Below, one piece after another: positions 30,400 to 39,667 of a DNA stretch of 64,000 nucleotides. The stretch is from positions 1 to 64,000 of IMG/VR virus record IMGVR_UViG_3300028907_000004; one strand, written 5' to 3'. The notes under the pieces were generated by a model. It was not told where the DNA came from. It saw nothing but the letters and a program-made list of their open reading frames with translations, and ran no database searches. The first letter of the stretch is position 1. Every line of letters starts with the position of its first letter. The stretch is from a virus (taxonomy: Duplodnaviria > Caudoviricetes). The position numbers were made by a program, and so were the translations under genes.

Positions 30400-30627
30400 C
30401 TACACCGCCTTGTTTACTATGGTTGAAATTTCACGTTCAAGAAAAAGGGCATACTCAACCCCTTCCAGGAACACCCCACTATCGCGCTGCCACTTCCTGG
30501 CCTTCCGGATTGCTCTTTCTGTTACGTTGAACCTTCCGGACACCGGCCACAAGTGCGAGGTATCCGTTTGCCGGAAGCGGGCATTTATCTGGCGTTTGGT
30601 CATACTGTTCCAGGGGCTGCTTACCAT
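30400..30627 (-). CDS. Early-region hypothetical protein
   Basis: AAGGAG RBS; 75 aa. Confidence 0.5.
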   Translation of the reverse strand: MVSSPWNSMTKRQINARFRQTDTSHLWPVSGRFNVTERAIRKARKWQRDSGVFLEGVEYALFLEREISTIVNKAV

Positions 30628-30642
30628 GTATGTCTCCTTGGC

Positions 30643-30939
30643 TCAATAGCCATCATCGTAGTCATCCGGATACATTCCGCCAGACACGGGGTCATTTTCG
30701 TCCGGAAGGTGGGCCGTGCTTGCCTGGGGCGCCAGCGCTTTGCTAGTCCAATTTTCTGCCGCTTCCGGATATTCGGCCAACGCTGCTTCCTCTGTTTCAA
30801 AATTGTCCAGGAAGCAAGTCACCGTTTGCCCCGCCAACACGCTGTCCGGCGGCATTTCCTTGAAGCCAACTACGTCCACCCCGCCATACTTTCCCTGGCG
30901 CAGGGAAAGCCACAAATACTCTTGGTCATTACTAGGCAT
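30643..30939 (-). CDS. Small acidic early protein
   Basis: AAGGAG RBS; first gene after the promoter at 30980-31008; D/E-rich. Confidence 0.55.
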   Translation of the reverse strand: MPSNDQEYLWLSLRQGKYGGVDVVGFKEMPPDSVLAGQTVTCFLDNFETEEAALAEYPEAAENWTSKALAPQASTAHLPDENDPVSGGMYPDDYDDGY

Positions 30940-30979
30940 TGTCTTTCTCCTTGGTTTATTTTCCGACTCACATGCCTTT

Positions 30980-31008
30980 TATATACGTCTGACCCTGTGA
31001 GAAGTCAA
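30980..31008 (-). promoter_or_regulatory. sigma70-type early promoter
   Basis: TTGACT-17 bp-TATATA. Confidence 0.75.
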
Positions 31009-31033
31009 GGACTTTTCTTGATATCTTCTATTT

Positions 31034-31258
31034 TTATTTGATACCGGACGATGGGCGGAAGGTCCCTTTATCAAAATACATCGAGTTGCGGACCCCTTGT
31101 TTCACTGGCTTTTTGCGGTACAGCTCCCAGTGGCTTCCGGCATCGCGGACCCCATAGTTGGACATAGTGTCTCCCAAGAATTTCATGTTGTTTCTGCTGA
31201 AGAAAAGGCCATTAGGGTGCGCGCTTTCATACTGGCGCTTGAGCTCATATGGGGTCAT
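31034..31258 (-). CDS. Conserved phage early protein
   Basis: GLFFSRNNMKFLGDT motif. Confidence 0.6.
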   Translation of the reverse strand: MTPYELKRQYESAHPNGLFFSRNNMKFLGDTMSNYGVRDAGSHWELYRKKPVKQGVRNSMYFDKGTFRPSSGIK

Positions 31259-31281
31259 GATATTCCACTCCTTGCGTTTGC

Positions 31282-31983
31282 CTATGCGGCAGTTTTGACC
31301 ATTACGGGGCACAGCCTACTCAATGAATTGGTGAGGTGCTGTAGCATACTATCCATTTCCTCTGCGGCCCAACTCTGCCCAACAATACCCCACACTGATT
31401 CTCCAGGTCCCTCATCGTATATTACACCATCATCATCGCATTCGGGGTCCGTGTGGTCGATGTGATACGTGCCCACTTCTACGCCAAATACATCCCCATT
31501 CAAATACGATATGTATTCATCTATTTCCAGTTCCATGTATCTGCGTGCCTTCCGGTACGCTGCCGGACCTTTGCCCCATTCCTTCTTTATTGTCTCCGGA
31601 GACATGTAGAAAATGGCGTCGTGTGCCCATTCTACTGGGCTGGCGAAGTCCCCAAGCACGCAAGCGTCCGGATCAATAGGAATGACGAGGAAGCCAAGTT
31701 GGCGCGCAGTAGCCACAAGGACTTCGATGTCAGAGAAGTCCCTGAATGCCTTGCTGTCTTCGTCTTCCCAACCTGCCCGGAAGCGGGGGTGACGTCGGAC
31801 TTCCGTCAAAAGATTGTACCTGCTGGCGTGCTTGTCCGTGTGAACGTCGGTACGGGGTCCCAGACCCAAAAGCGTAGTCGCGCAATCCATCATCGTCCGT
31901 GGGTTGGTCGGCCAGGGGTCACGAACAACCTTGCCGTACACTCCACCCTCAAACACGGTCATTACGGTATTGCGATCAGACAT
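31282..31983 (-). CDS. Early-region hypothetical protein
   Basis: 233 aa; EIDEYISYLNGDVFG...ESVWGIVG. Confidence 0.65.
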   Translation of the reverse strand: MSDRNTVMTVFEGGVYGKVVRDPWPTNPRTMMDCATTLLGLGPRTDVHTDKHASRYNLLTEVRRHPRFRAGWEDEDSKAFRDFSDIEVLVATARQLGFLVIPIDPDACVLGDFASPVEWAHDAIFYMSPETIKKEWGKGPAAYRKARRYMELEIDEYISYLNGDVFGVEVGTYHIDHTDPECDDDGVIYDEGPGESVWGIVGQSWAAEEMDSMLQHLTNSLSRLCPVMVKTAA

Positions 31984-32308
31984 GGCCATTCTCCTTGTTA
32001 GTTTGGGCCGATTTATGGCCGCAGGGGGTCTCATTGAACATCAGGGCAAAAAGGGGTCTGCCATTGGATTTGAGCTGGACTTCGATGATGGGCCATTCGT
32101 CTGATACCTTGACCCTGCCCTTGCTCCACTGGGACAGCTGTTCCATTTTCCGGAGAAGGGACAGAACACGGCGGGGGGTGATGTCGTCTTCGCCAAAGAC
32201 GATGTCCCGCTCAACGATGTAGGACGCATTCCACGTCCAACACCCTTCTTCCTTCCAGGCATCAATAGACACCAGGTCCGCTTTGAAAAATCGTGCTTCC
32301 TTTGCCAT
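31976..32308 (-). CDS. Early-region hypothetical protein
   Basis: SIDAWKEEGCWTWNASY...WPIIEVQLKSNGRPLFAL. Confidence 0.6.
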   Translation of the reverse strand: MAKEARFFKADLVSIDAWKEEGCWTWNASYIVERDIVFGEDDITPRRVLSLLRKMEQLSQWSKGRVKVSDEWPIIEVQLKSNGRPLFALMFNETPCGHKSAQTNKENGHV

Positions 32309-32366
32309 GACGTCTACTCCTTGACGGGGGTCCGGAAGGTCCGGACCCCCTGTGTTGTGTTCCGAC

Positions 32367-32972
32367 TTACTTGGCACCGGCCACCGCCTTGGCCTTCTTG
32401 ACGTCGGGGAAAGTGGACTTGATCAGCGCGGTGGTGTACTGGTAAACCGTGCGTGCGATGGTGCCCGCCTTCTCTCCGGTGTACTCTGCGATTTCACGGC
32501 TGATGGGCCAAGTGAAGGCAGACGCCAAGTGGCTGCGATTGACCTTTTGGCCTTGCGGGGTCCGTGCGGCCAAATCGGCATACGCTTCCTTGCCCTTCCG
32601 CTTGACGTCCAGCGCCACAGCGCACTGGCCGCACAGATACTTTCCCCGTCTCTTGAGCTCTGCGCCGGCACCACACTTCTCGCACTGGTGGGCTTCCTGC
32701 GCGGGGGTGACGGGGTCCGCTTCCTTCTTTGCTGCCGCCTTGGGCTTGCCTTCCTTCTTGGTCGGTGCGGGGGTGACGACTTCCTGCACGGGCGTGGGCT
32801 CCAGTGCGAGCAGGACAACTTCCGCATCGACGTGGGTGTCACCGAAATGATCGGTCAGTGCGGCACGCTGGGTGGCCAGGTTGGCTTCCTCGGGCACGTC
32901 CACCTTGTAGTGGTTGATCATGGCGGTGGCCTGGGACTTGTTAACACGGTTCAGATTCACGGACTTGGACAT
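32367..32972 (-). CDS. Early-region protein with Zn-finger
   Basis: AAGGAG RBS; CEKCG...LCGQC; high-GC3 codons. Confidence 0.6.
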   Translation of the reverse strand: MSKSVNLNRVNKSQATAMINHYKVDVPEEANLATQRAALTDHFGDTHVDAEVVLLALEPTPVQEVVTPAPTKKEGKPKAAAKKEADPVTPAQEAHQCEKCGAGAELKRRGKYLCGQCAVALDVKRKGKEAYADLAARTPQGQKVNRSHLASAFTWPISREIAEYTGEKAGTIARTVYQYTTALIKSTFPDVKKAKAVAGAK

Positions 32973-33034
32973 GGCTTGCTCCTTGGGTTGGTGGTTGGTT
33001 TTTGTTTTCTTCCTTCTTCGTCTCACTTGCCCTT

Positions 33035-33063
33035 TTTATAGGGGTTTGTGCCGGAGAAGTCAA
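33035..33063 (-). promoter_or_regulatory. sigma70-type early promoter
   Basis: TTGACT-17 bp-TATAAA. Confidence 0.8.
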
Positions 33064-33094
33064 GGACTTTTCTTGATATCTTGAAAATTATTTT

Positions 33095-33229
33095 TTACAG
33101 GGCAAATCCGACTACCACGAAAAGTGCGATCAAAATCAAATACAGGGCCAGGACAAAAGGGCCATCTTCGTCAAGAAACGGTCCGGACTTGCGGCGAAGT
33201 CCTACGGTGCCTTGGTAAAGCGTGCTCAT
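33095..33229 (-). CDS. Small membrane peptide
   Basis: C-terminal FVLALYLILIALFVVVGFAL. Confidence 0.45.
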   Translation of the reverse strand: MSTLYQGTVGLRRKSGPFLDEDGPFVLALYLILIALFVVVGFAL

Positions 33230-33230
33230 G

Positions 33231-33485
33231 CTAGTAGCCCCGCCGCATGCCGGCAATCTTGCCTTCCGGAGTGATGGTGATGTCCTTGAGGTACCCACCG
33301 CGAATGCGGACCCAATCACCCGATTCGGTGCGGACTTCATACCGGATGGACCTGGCCTGAATCTTGAGGCGGTACTGCCTGCCCCCTTCTTCCTTCTTCA
33401 GGTTGCCATATCGGTCACGAGTGTGCCCACGACCTTCAGCCCAAGCGTAAATTTCACGGACCTTTTTTTCATTCTTGGTGCTCAT
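33231..33485 (-). CDS. Early-region hypothetical protein
   Basis: AAGGAG RBS; first gene after the promoter at 33529-33557. Confidence 0.6.
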   Translation of the reverse strand: MSTKNEKKVREIYAWAEGRGHTRDRYGNLKKEEGGRQYRLKIQARSIRYEVRTESGDWVRIRGGYLKDITITPEGKIAGMRRGY

Positions 33486-33528
33486 AGTCTTACTCCTTGA
33501 AGGTTGTTTTCTTGATCCAGATGCCCTT

Positions 33529-33557
33529 TTTATAGGTATGAATTGGGGAAAAGTCAA
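33529..33557 (-). promoter_or_regulatory. sigma70-type early promoter
   Basis: TTGACT-17 bp-TATAAA. Confidence 0.8.
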
Positions 33558-34808
33558 GGACTTTTTTGGACTTCCCCAAAAATAAATTTACTTTTTCCAC
33601 TTTTTTCTTTCGGCATCATTTCCGGCATCATAAAAAAGGCGCATACCTTTATCCAAGAAAAGTCCTAGCATGCGGGATTGCCCACTTTCTGCGCGTTGAT
33701 TTTTGGGTCATATTGGAGCGAACCAGCAAAAGCTCCAAAAGTATCCGGATACAGGAATGCCCCACCGTGGTCAATTTTTGGCCCTTCCTGCCGGAGACCA
33801 AATTTCACCAGGGTGTAGCTGGTTGCCGGACCCCTTCCGGACCCCTATATTGTGACGGAAGGGGTCCGGACCCCGTAGGACTTCCGGACCCCCGCTTGTG
33901 CGGCTTGTGTTTGTAAGTCCTAGTAGGTCCGGAAACGGACCCCGCTCATTGACACGCCACCGGACCTTCCGGACCCCCTGGGCCACGCCCACGCAAGCTC
34001 CAGACCCCGCACATGAGTGGGACCCCTGGTGGCGTGGGCGTGGGACCCCGCCACCTATCAGTAATGATTATGGTTAGCGGCGCAGGGTCCAGGAAAATTC
34101 CATCCCCCACCATTTCCCACAATTCCAACCCTACCTACAAATTCTAGTAGCACCCACAGAACTCTAAAGCACCACACAACAAAAGACCCTACACCACCCT
34201 ATAGCACGCAAACAGGAATCGGGACAACCCGGACCCTGTGAAACGCCCCTTTGCCGTAAATACGGCCAATATGTCCAATAAATCCGCCTTTCTTCGCCCC
34301 TGCTATAGACATCATAAATGCTACCTATAGGGTTTACCTATAGGACATTTCCGGCGTTCCGCTTAATCCTTGCCTATAGAATAGCCATCATTGCGCCGCT
34401 AGTGGACAAATGACGCACCCGAATCCCTAGAACGCCGAAAGGGTTGTTCCGAATCTCCGGCACGTGTACGGTGGCAAATTTTCGATTTTCCGTTTTCGAC
34501 TCTCCGGCCCTTTACTGTGTCGGCCCTTTCGGTCTATATTTCGCCTTCCTTCGCGCACACCCTTTCATACTATCTGACCGCGCAGACCCTTTCCAGCCCG
34601 CTTTTCCGGGCTTTTTCTTGTCGTTTTCTAGGGGTTTCCACAAAATTATTTTCAGAATATAGGAGAATTTTTACACACACTTAAAAAATCAAACAAAAAT
34701 AAATGACATCCGGCAACTATTAGGGCCACTAAAAACACTTGACTTCTTTTGAAAAGTCCGTACCTATTGAGTCACGTTGATTGTAAACAACCCAAGGAGG
34801 AAACGTCT

Positions 34809-35417
34809 ATGCCTAGAAACACCCGCCCCGGATCAAAAACCGTAGACCCTACCGGATCAACCGCCTTCAAGCGTTACGAGTTGTACATTCACGCCGCTGT
34901 TCGGTCCTTCAATCACACTACCGGGATTGATAAGGACGAACTCTATGGGGCGGCACGCGAAATCTACGCACGTGCCCTCAAGTTCTACAAGCCGCAATCC
35001 GGCAAGCCCTTCGGGTGCCTCCTGTCTACTATGCTCAAACTTGAGCTCATCAACTTCTGCGATCAGTACCGCCGTCAGTTCAATCGAAACATCAAAGATA
35101 CAGACCAGCGCATGTTTGTAAACATCGACTGGTGTTCTGCCGAAGCCGGGGATGAAGAGAATTTCCCCGAAAACATGGCCTATATCAGTCAAGAAGATTT
35201 AGGGTTTAGAGAGGTGGAGTTTAATGAGAAACTCCAACAACTCTCCGAAGCCGCGCAACGACTTGTAAAAGATTTAATGGGAGCCACCACAGAGCCTACC
35301 CGTCGGAACGGGCCGGAAGATGTGGCCAGATTCGCCAAGAAATATCTTGGCTGGAAGCTGAAAGACGCCAGGAAAGCCGCAATAGAAATCAACACTATGT
35401 TATTCGTGGAAGGTTAG
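34809..35417 (+). CDS. Sigma70-family-like phage transcription factor
   Basis: AAGGAGG RBS; region-2-like IDKDELYGAAREIYARALKFYKPQSGKPFGCLL; helical C-terminus. Confidence 0.6.
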   Translation: MPRNTRPGSKTVDPTGSTAFKRYELYIHAAVRSFNHTTGIDKDELYGAAREIYARALKFYKPQSGKPFGCLLSTMLKLELINFCDQYRRQFNRNIKDTDQRMFVNIDWCSAEAGDEENFPENMAYISQEDLGFREVEFNEKLQQLSEAAQRLVKDLMGATTEPTRRNGPEDVARFAKKYLGWKLKDARKAAIEINTMLFVEG

Positions 35418-35419
35418 AC

Positions 35420-37294
35420 ATGATCGTACCGTCAGACATATGGATCCAGGCTATGTTGAACCTCTATGCCAAACAAGAAGGCATAGGCTTCAGCAAGACC
35501 GAATTTCCCATAATGGCAGAGATCGTTGCTTACTATCGCAACAAGCGAACGGTCACGCCTTCTATGATGCGAACCATAAAGAGGACGGTCAAACGCTACC
35601 TCCCACTACTAACCCTGGAAGCCCCCCGACCCCAAAGACGGGCGCACCCGTCGAAGAAAGACGCCGCGCCCGTTATTGTGGAACAGGTCAATTCTACCAA
35701 GAAACTGAAACTGACCTGTGATAACGGATTCGCCAACCAGCTCAAAAAGATCAACGGACGCAAGTACATTCCCAAGAACGGCTACTGGTCTATTCCCATG
35801 TCTCTCAAGAACGTGGAAAGGTTGATTGATGCCGGGGCAGAACTAGGCCCCCGCCTTCGTAACTGGTACGAGAACATCAATACGCAACCTGACGAAAACA
35901 CGACAATCCAGTACAATAAACTCAAACGCGAACTCCGGAGCTACCAAGAGTTTGGGGTGCGCTTTATTGAAGCCAAGAACGGGCGGTGTCTCGTTGCAGA
36001 CGATATGGGCCTTGGTAAAACAACAGAAATCCTTGCGTGGTTAGACTCCCGGCCCGACGCCTGGCCCGTACTTATTGTTTGCCCTTCCAGCGTGAAGTAC
36101 AACTGGGGCCGGGAAATACAGAAGTGCTTGGGCAAAATACGCACACAGTTCCTTTCTGGAAAGAAGGTCAAGGACGCCCTGACCGGGAAGGCCGTCATCA
36201 TCAACTACGACATCTTGTACGCCTGGAAGAAAGCCCTAGCCTCCCACGAATTCAAGACCATCGTGTTTGACGAAGGGCACTACCTCAAGAATACCGAAGC
36301 CAAACGCACCAAGGCCGCAGTAGCTCTGGCCGGAAAGTCAAAGCATATTCTTTGGGCTACGGGCACCCCTATCGAACAGAAGCCTATCGAATTTTGGACA
36401 GCCATTAACACCCTGGCCCCCGGCCTCTTCTACGACAAGAAAGAGTTTGGGCTGGAGTACTGCGGCGCAACCAAAGGCTATTACGGTTGGGACTACAACG
36501 GGGCCACCAACACCAAAGAACTTCACAAGCTCTTGACTTCTACGATTATGCTGCGGCGCAAGAAAACCGAAGTGGCCAAAGAGATTCCCGAAAAGAACCA
36601 CATAGTCATTCCTATCGAAATGAGCCGGGAAGGTGCCGCCGAATACCGCCGGGCAGAATCCCAGTTCCTTTCCTGGCTTCGCGGCGAACATGGCGTTGGG
36701 GCCTACAACCGGGCCAAAAAAGCAGAACAGATAGTCAAGATCAACTACCTGAAACAGCTGGCTTGGAAAGCGAAAGCCGACGCCTGTATTGATTGGGTAC
36801 GGGATTTCCTTGACTCCGGTAACAAACTGGTGACCTTCCACGCCTATACAGAAAGCCTTATTCAGATGCGGGACGCCTTCAGCGAAATATCCGTGTCCAT
36901 TAAGGGCGGCATGAAAGCCAAGGATAAATTGGACACTGTTGACGCCTTCGTAAAGAACGGAAACATCAAACTCTGTCATTGTAACATCATTGCCGGCGGT
37001 ACGGGAACGGACGGCCTTCAGCACGCCGCTAGTGACGTTGCCTTCTACGGGCCTATGTGGAATCCGATGATTCACGTACAGGCAGAGGACCGCTTACACC
37101 GTATCGGCCAGACGCTTCCCTTGACGGTTTGGTGGTTCGTTGCTGTTGATACTGTAGAAGAGGATATATTGAACGTGCTCGACGTCAAAAAGCAGAACGT
37201 CAGCGCGTGTACCGATGGAGAGGATATTCCCAACAAGGAACTCTTAACCGAAATCTTGAAGCGCATGTCCAAGAGACACGCCCCGGAGGATTAA
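35420..37294 (+). CDS. SNF2/HARP-like helicase
   Basis: LRSYQEFGV, LVADDMGLGKT, VFDEGHYLK, ATGTPI, QAEDRLHRIGQ. Confidence 0.9.
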   Translation: MIVPSDIWIQAMLNLYAKQEGIGFSKTEFPIMAEIVAYYRNKRTVTPSMMRTIKRTVKRYLPLLTLEAPRPQRRAHPSKKDAAPVIVEQVNSTKKLKLTCDNGFANQLKKINGRKYIPKNGYWSIPMSLKNVERLIDAGAELGPRLRNWYENINTQPDENTTIQYNKLKRELRSYQEFGVRFIEAKNGRCLVADDMGLGKTTEILAWLDSRPDAWPVLIVCPSSVKYNWGREIQKCLGKIRTQFLSGKKVKDALTGKAVIINYDILYAWKKALASHEFKTIVFDEGHYLKNTEAKRTKAAVALAGKSKHILWATGTPIEQKPIEFWTAINTLAPGLFYDKKEFGLEYCGATKGYYGWDYNGATNTKELHKLLTSTIMLRRKKTEVAKEIPEKNHIVIPIEMSREGAAEYRRAESQFLSWLRGEHGVGAYNRAKKAEQIVKINYLKQLAWKAKADACIDWVRDFLDSGNKLVTFHAYTESLIQMRDAFSEISVSIKGGMKAKDKLDTVDAFVKNGNIKLCHCNIIAGGTGTDGLQHAASDVAFYGPMWNPMIHVQAEDRLHRIGQTLPLTVWWFVAVDTVEEDILNVLDVKKQNVSACTDGEDIPNKELLTEILKRMSKRHAPED

Positions 37295-37504
37295 ATGGGA
37301 CTCAAGGATCAAGCAGCTATGTGTGGGGTTATTCGCACCCATCTACAGAATCTCCAACAGAGCATAGACAAAGCTGTAGACATGGGCGTCAAAGTTGATG
37401 TGGAGGTTTGCAACAACATCAGGTATATTCCAAACCTCCACCACACCCCTAAAATAGAAATCAAAACATACATCGAACTTACTGACGAGGTTGAAAATGG
37501 CTAG
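37295..37504 (+). CDS. Hypothetical protein
   Basis: 69 aa in the operon. Confidence 0.45.
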   Translation: MGLKDQAAMCGVIRTHLQNLQQSIDKAVDMGVKVDVEVCNNIRYIPNLHHTPKIEIKTYIELTDEVENG

Positions 37505-37940
37505 AACAAAACCCGCCCCCGTAATAGAGGACAAACCCCGTAGACGGACTATGCCTTCATTGCCGCAGAAAGTGGACGCTCCGGCACGCAGAAGGGTTCC
37601 CCCAACCCCGAAGACACCTACAGGGGGAAAACCCGCAGGAACGCCGCGAAGGGGAACCAAAGTGCTCACGAAGTTTACAGAATTTTTTCATAACTGGGGC
37701 GGCTGTCTTCCCTTCGTAGACCCCGAAGAGTGTTCCCACCAGCGACTGTTCCGCGATAAACAGAAAGACGGCGTTGTGTATTGGATTGATAACGGCATCT
37801 GTAAGCAATTCTGTCCCAATGGGGCACGGCACTGTACCCGCTACAACAATTACTGGGCCAAGAACGGCGACAAGGCCGTCCACGAAGAATTCATGAAGCA
37901 ACGCTTTATCGAAGCCGGGGCAAGCAATGGCGGTTCTTGA
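37497..37940 (+). CDS. Hypothetical protein (Pro/Arg-rich N-terminus, Cys C-terminus)
   Basis: Coupled ORF. Confidence 0.5.
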   Translation: MARTKPAPVIEDKPRRRTMPSLPQKVDAPARRRVPPTPKTPTGGKPAGTPRRGTKVLTKFTEFFHNWGGCLPFVDPEECSHQRLFRDKQKDGVVYWIDNGICKQFCPNGARHCTRYNNYWAKNGDKAVHEEFMKQRFIEAGASNGGS

Positions 37941-38172
37941 TAAGAACCAGTTGCGGGCTATCCGCCAACGTAATGATATGGAAATAAGCCGTGGGAGTAA
38001 ATCAGCCCACGGCTATCCGAAAGAAATCATTCACGATCTACTCCAAACAATAGACTTCTTGGCCAAGGAAAAGAAAAAGTGGCAACGTGTAGCCGAACAC
38101 AGAGGCGACCGTTTTCGCAAGATCGTTGAAATTTGCGCAGACGCCGCCATAACTCCGGAGGAAGAATCATGA
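37927..38172 (+). CDS. Hypothetical protein
   Basis: 81 aa coupled ORF. Confidence 0.5.
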   Translation: MAVLDKNQLRAIRQRNDMEISRGSKSAHGYPKEIIHDLLQTIDFLAKEKKKWQRVAEHRGDRFRKIVEICADAAITPEEES

Positions 38173-38519
38173 TAACAAAGATATTGGAAATCCGGTATTG
38201 CATCGAATGCCCCCACTGTAACGGGTACTTCCAGTGCGCCAAGCTGGAAAGGGCCGTTGATGAGATTCCGGAAGACTGCCCGCTTGAAAGCATTACCTAT
38301 GTCGACCACGGGGCAAACTCTTTGGATTCCAAAAGACTCGACTTCCTGGAACAGCAAACACGCAAAAGTCCTACTGGAGTTTCATTACAGTGGATGCCCG
38401 CCGGAGCCACACACAGAGAGTCGGCGGGCATCCACTTTATGCGACGTGGTAAAATATACGAACAAAAAAAGACTGTGCGCGAAGCCATTGACGTTGCTAT
38501 AAAAGATTGTTGGAAATAG
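38169..38519 (+). CDS. Hypothetical protein with Cys cluster
   Basis: CIECPHC...C...CPL; RLDFLE motif. Confidence 0.5.
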   Translation: MITKILEIRYCIECPHCNGYFQCAKLERAVDEIPEDCPLESITYVDHGANSLDSKRLDFLEQQTRKSPTGVSLQWMPAGATHRESAGIHFMRRGKIYEQKKTVREAIDVAIKDCWK

Positions 38520-38528
38520 GAAACTACA

Positions 38529-39443
38529 ATGGCATTTGACGCACTCGCCTTCTTCCGCAGTATCGGAATTGAACCGAAGACGGAAGGGCACAAACATACG
38601 CAGGTAGGGTGGGCAAACGTGGTATGTCCGTTCTGTACCGGCAACCCTGGCTATCATCTAGGATTTCACCTAGAGTCCGGGGCCTGGAAGTGCTGGCGTT
38701 GCGGCAATCACGGTCTGTATTCTGTTCTGTCCGCCTTCCTGGGATATGACAAAAAGCGGATTCAGGAGGCCCTTGACAAGTTCAAGGGCCGTCCTACCGC
38801 CAAGACTGAAGACGAAAGAAAGGCGAGAGGGCGCAGCCACTCATTGAATCTTCCCTCCGGTACCAAAGACCTTACCCCAGAGCATCGGGCCTACCTCCGC
38901 AAGAGAGGCTACCAAGTGGGCAAACTCGTGCGGAACTGGGACTTGAAGAGCACCGGACCCATTGGGCCGTACAAGCACAGAATCGTCGCTCCTATTACTT
39001 TTCAAAAGAAGATCGTGAGCTACACTTGCCGCGACGTTACTGGGAAGTCTGGAATAAAATTCAAGTCTTGTAAATTGGAAGAGGAGGTGGTGTATCACAA
39101 GTCCATTTTGTACGGTATTGATATGCTGCCCTACCGTACCGGTGTCATCGTAGAAGGCCCCCCGGACGTTTGGAGATTGGGCCCCGGCGCGGTAGCTACC
39201 TTTGGAATTGAATTCACCCCGGAACAGGTAATGTGCGCCGCCGTTCATTTGGATCTTGCTTACATATTTTATGATCCGGAAAAACAGGCAAGAACGCAAG
39301 CGGAAAAACTTGCGCTGGCTCTTTCGGCCCTGGGCGTTGAAGTCGAAATTCTATACGCCCCTGATGGGCACCCGGACCCCGGCGATATGCCCCAAGATGA
39401 AGCGGACGACCTCATGTTGGACTTATTTTCAAGCGTAATGTAA
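38529..39443 (+). CDS. DNA primase (Zn finger + Toprim)
   Basis: CPFC...WKCWRCG; VEGPPDV; FYDPE; DPGDM. Confidence 0.85.
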   Translation: MAFDALAFFRSIGIEPKTEGHKHTQVGWANVVCPFCTGNPGYHLGFHLESGAWKCWRCGNHGLYSVLSAFLGYDKKRIQEALDKFKGRPTAKTEDERKARGRSHSLNLPSGTKDLTPEHRAYLRKRGYQVGKLVRNWDLKSTGPIGPYKHRIVAPITFQKKIVSYTCRDVTGKSGIKFKSCKLEEEVVYHKSILYGIDMLPYRTGVIVEGPPDVWRLGPGAVATFGIEFTPEQVMCAAVHLDLAYIFYDPEKQARTQAEKLALALSALGVEVEILYAPDGHPDPGDMPQDEADDLMLDLFSSVM

Positions 39444-39454
39444 GGAGTAACATC

Positions 39455-39667
39455 ATGGCACTGTACAAAACAAAACCCAGATACGTCCTTGAGCATCGCG
39501 GTAGCATGCCGCCTACCTTCTTTCCCGAAGGGTATGACACATCGAATCTATTGGAAATTACCACTCACGGAGAAGCCTTTGCTGTGTTCATGAATATCGA
39601 AACCGGGGAAACGATACGCTGCGAGGATTTCCACAATCAAGCGCGCAAGGAACAGGGACTGCTATGA
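39455..39667 (+). CDS. Hypothetical protein
   Basis: AAGGAG RBS; 70 aa. Confidence 0.5.
   Translation: MALYKTKPRYVLEHRGSMPPTFFPEGYDTSNLLEITTHGEAFAVFMNIETGETIRCEDFHNQARKEQGLL

Larger units (their letters stand above)
25370..33977. repeat. Dispersed GGGGTCCG/CGGACCCC motif field
   Basis: About 37 exact copies by manual count (23 plus, 14 minus) in 8.6 kb, plus many RRRGTCCG variants. Confidence 0.9.

Noticed and set aside
32380-32520. SWIB-domain call for the C-terminus of 32367..32972
   Set aside because: Only a loose ISREIAEYTG resemblance, which is insufficient.
34739-34770. sigma70 promoter before the sigma-like gene (also TTGACT near 42608)
   Set aside because: A TTGACT -35 is present but there is no convincing -10 at 16-18 bp, so it is not listed as a feature.
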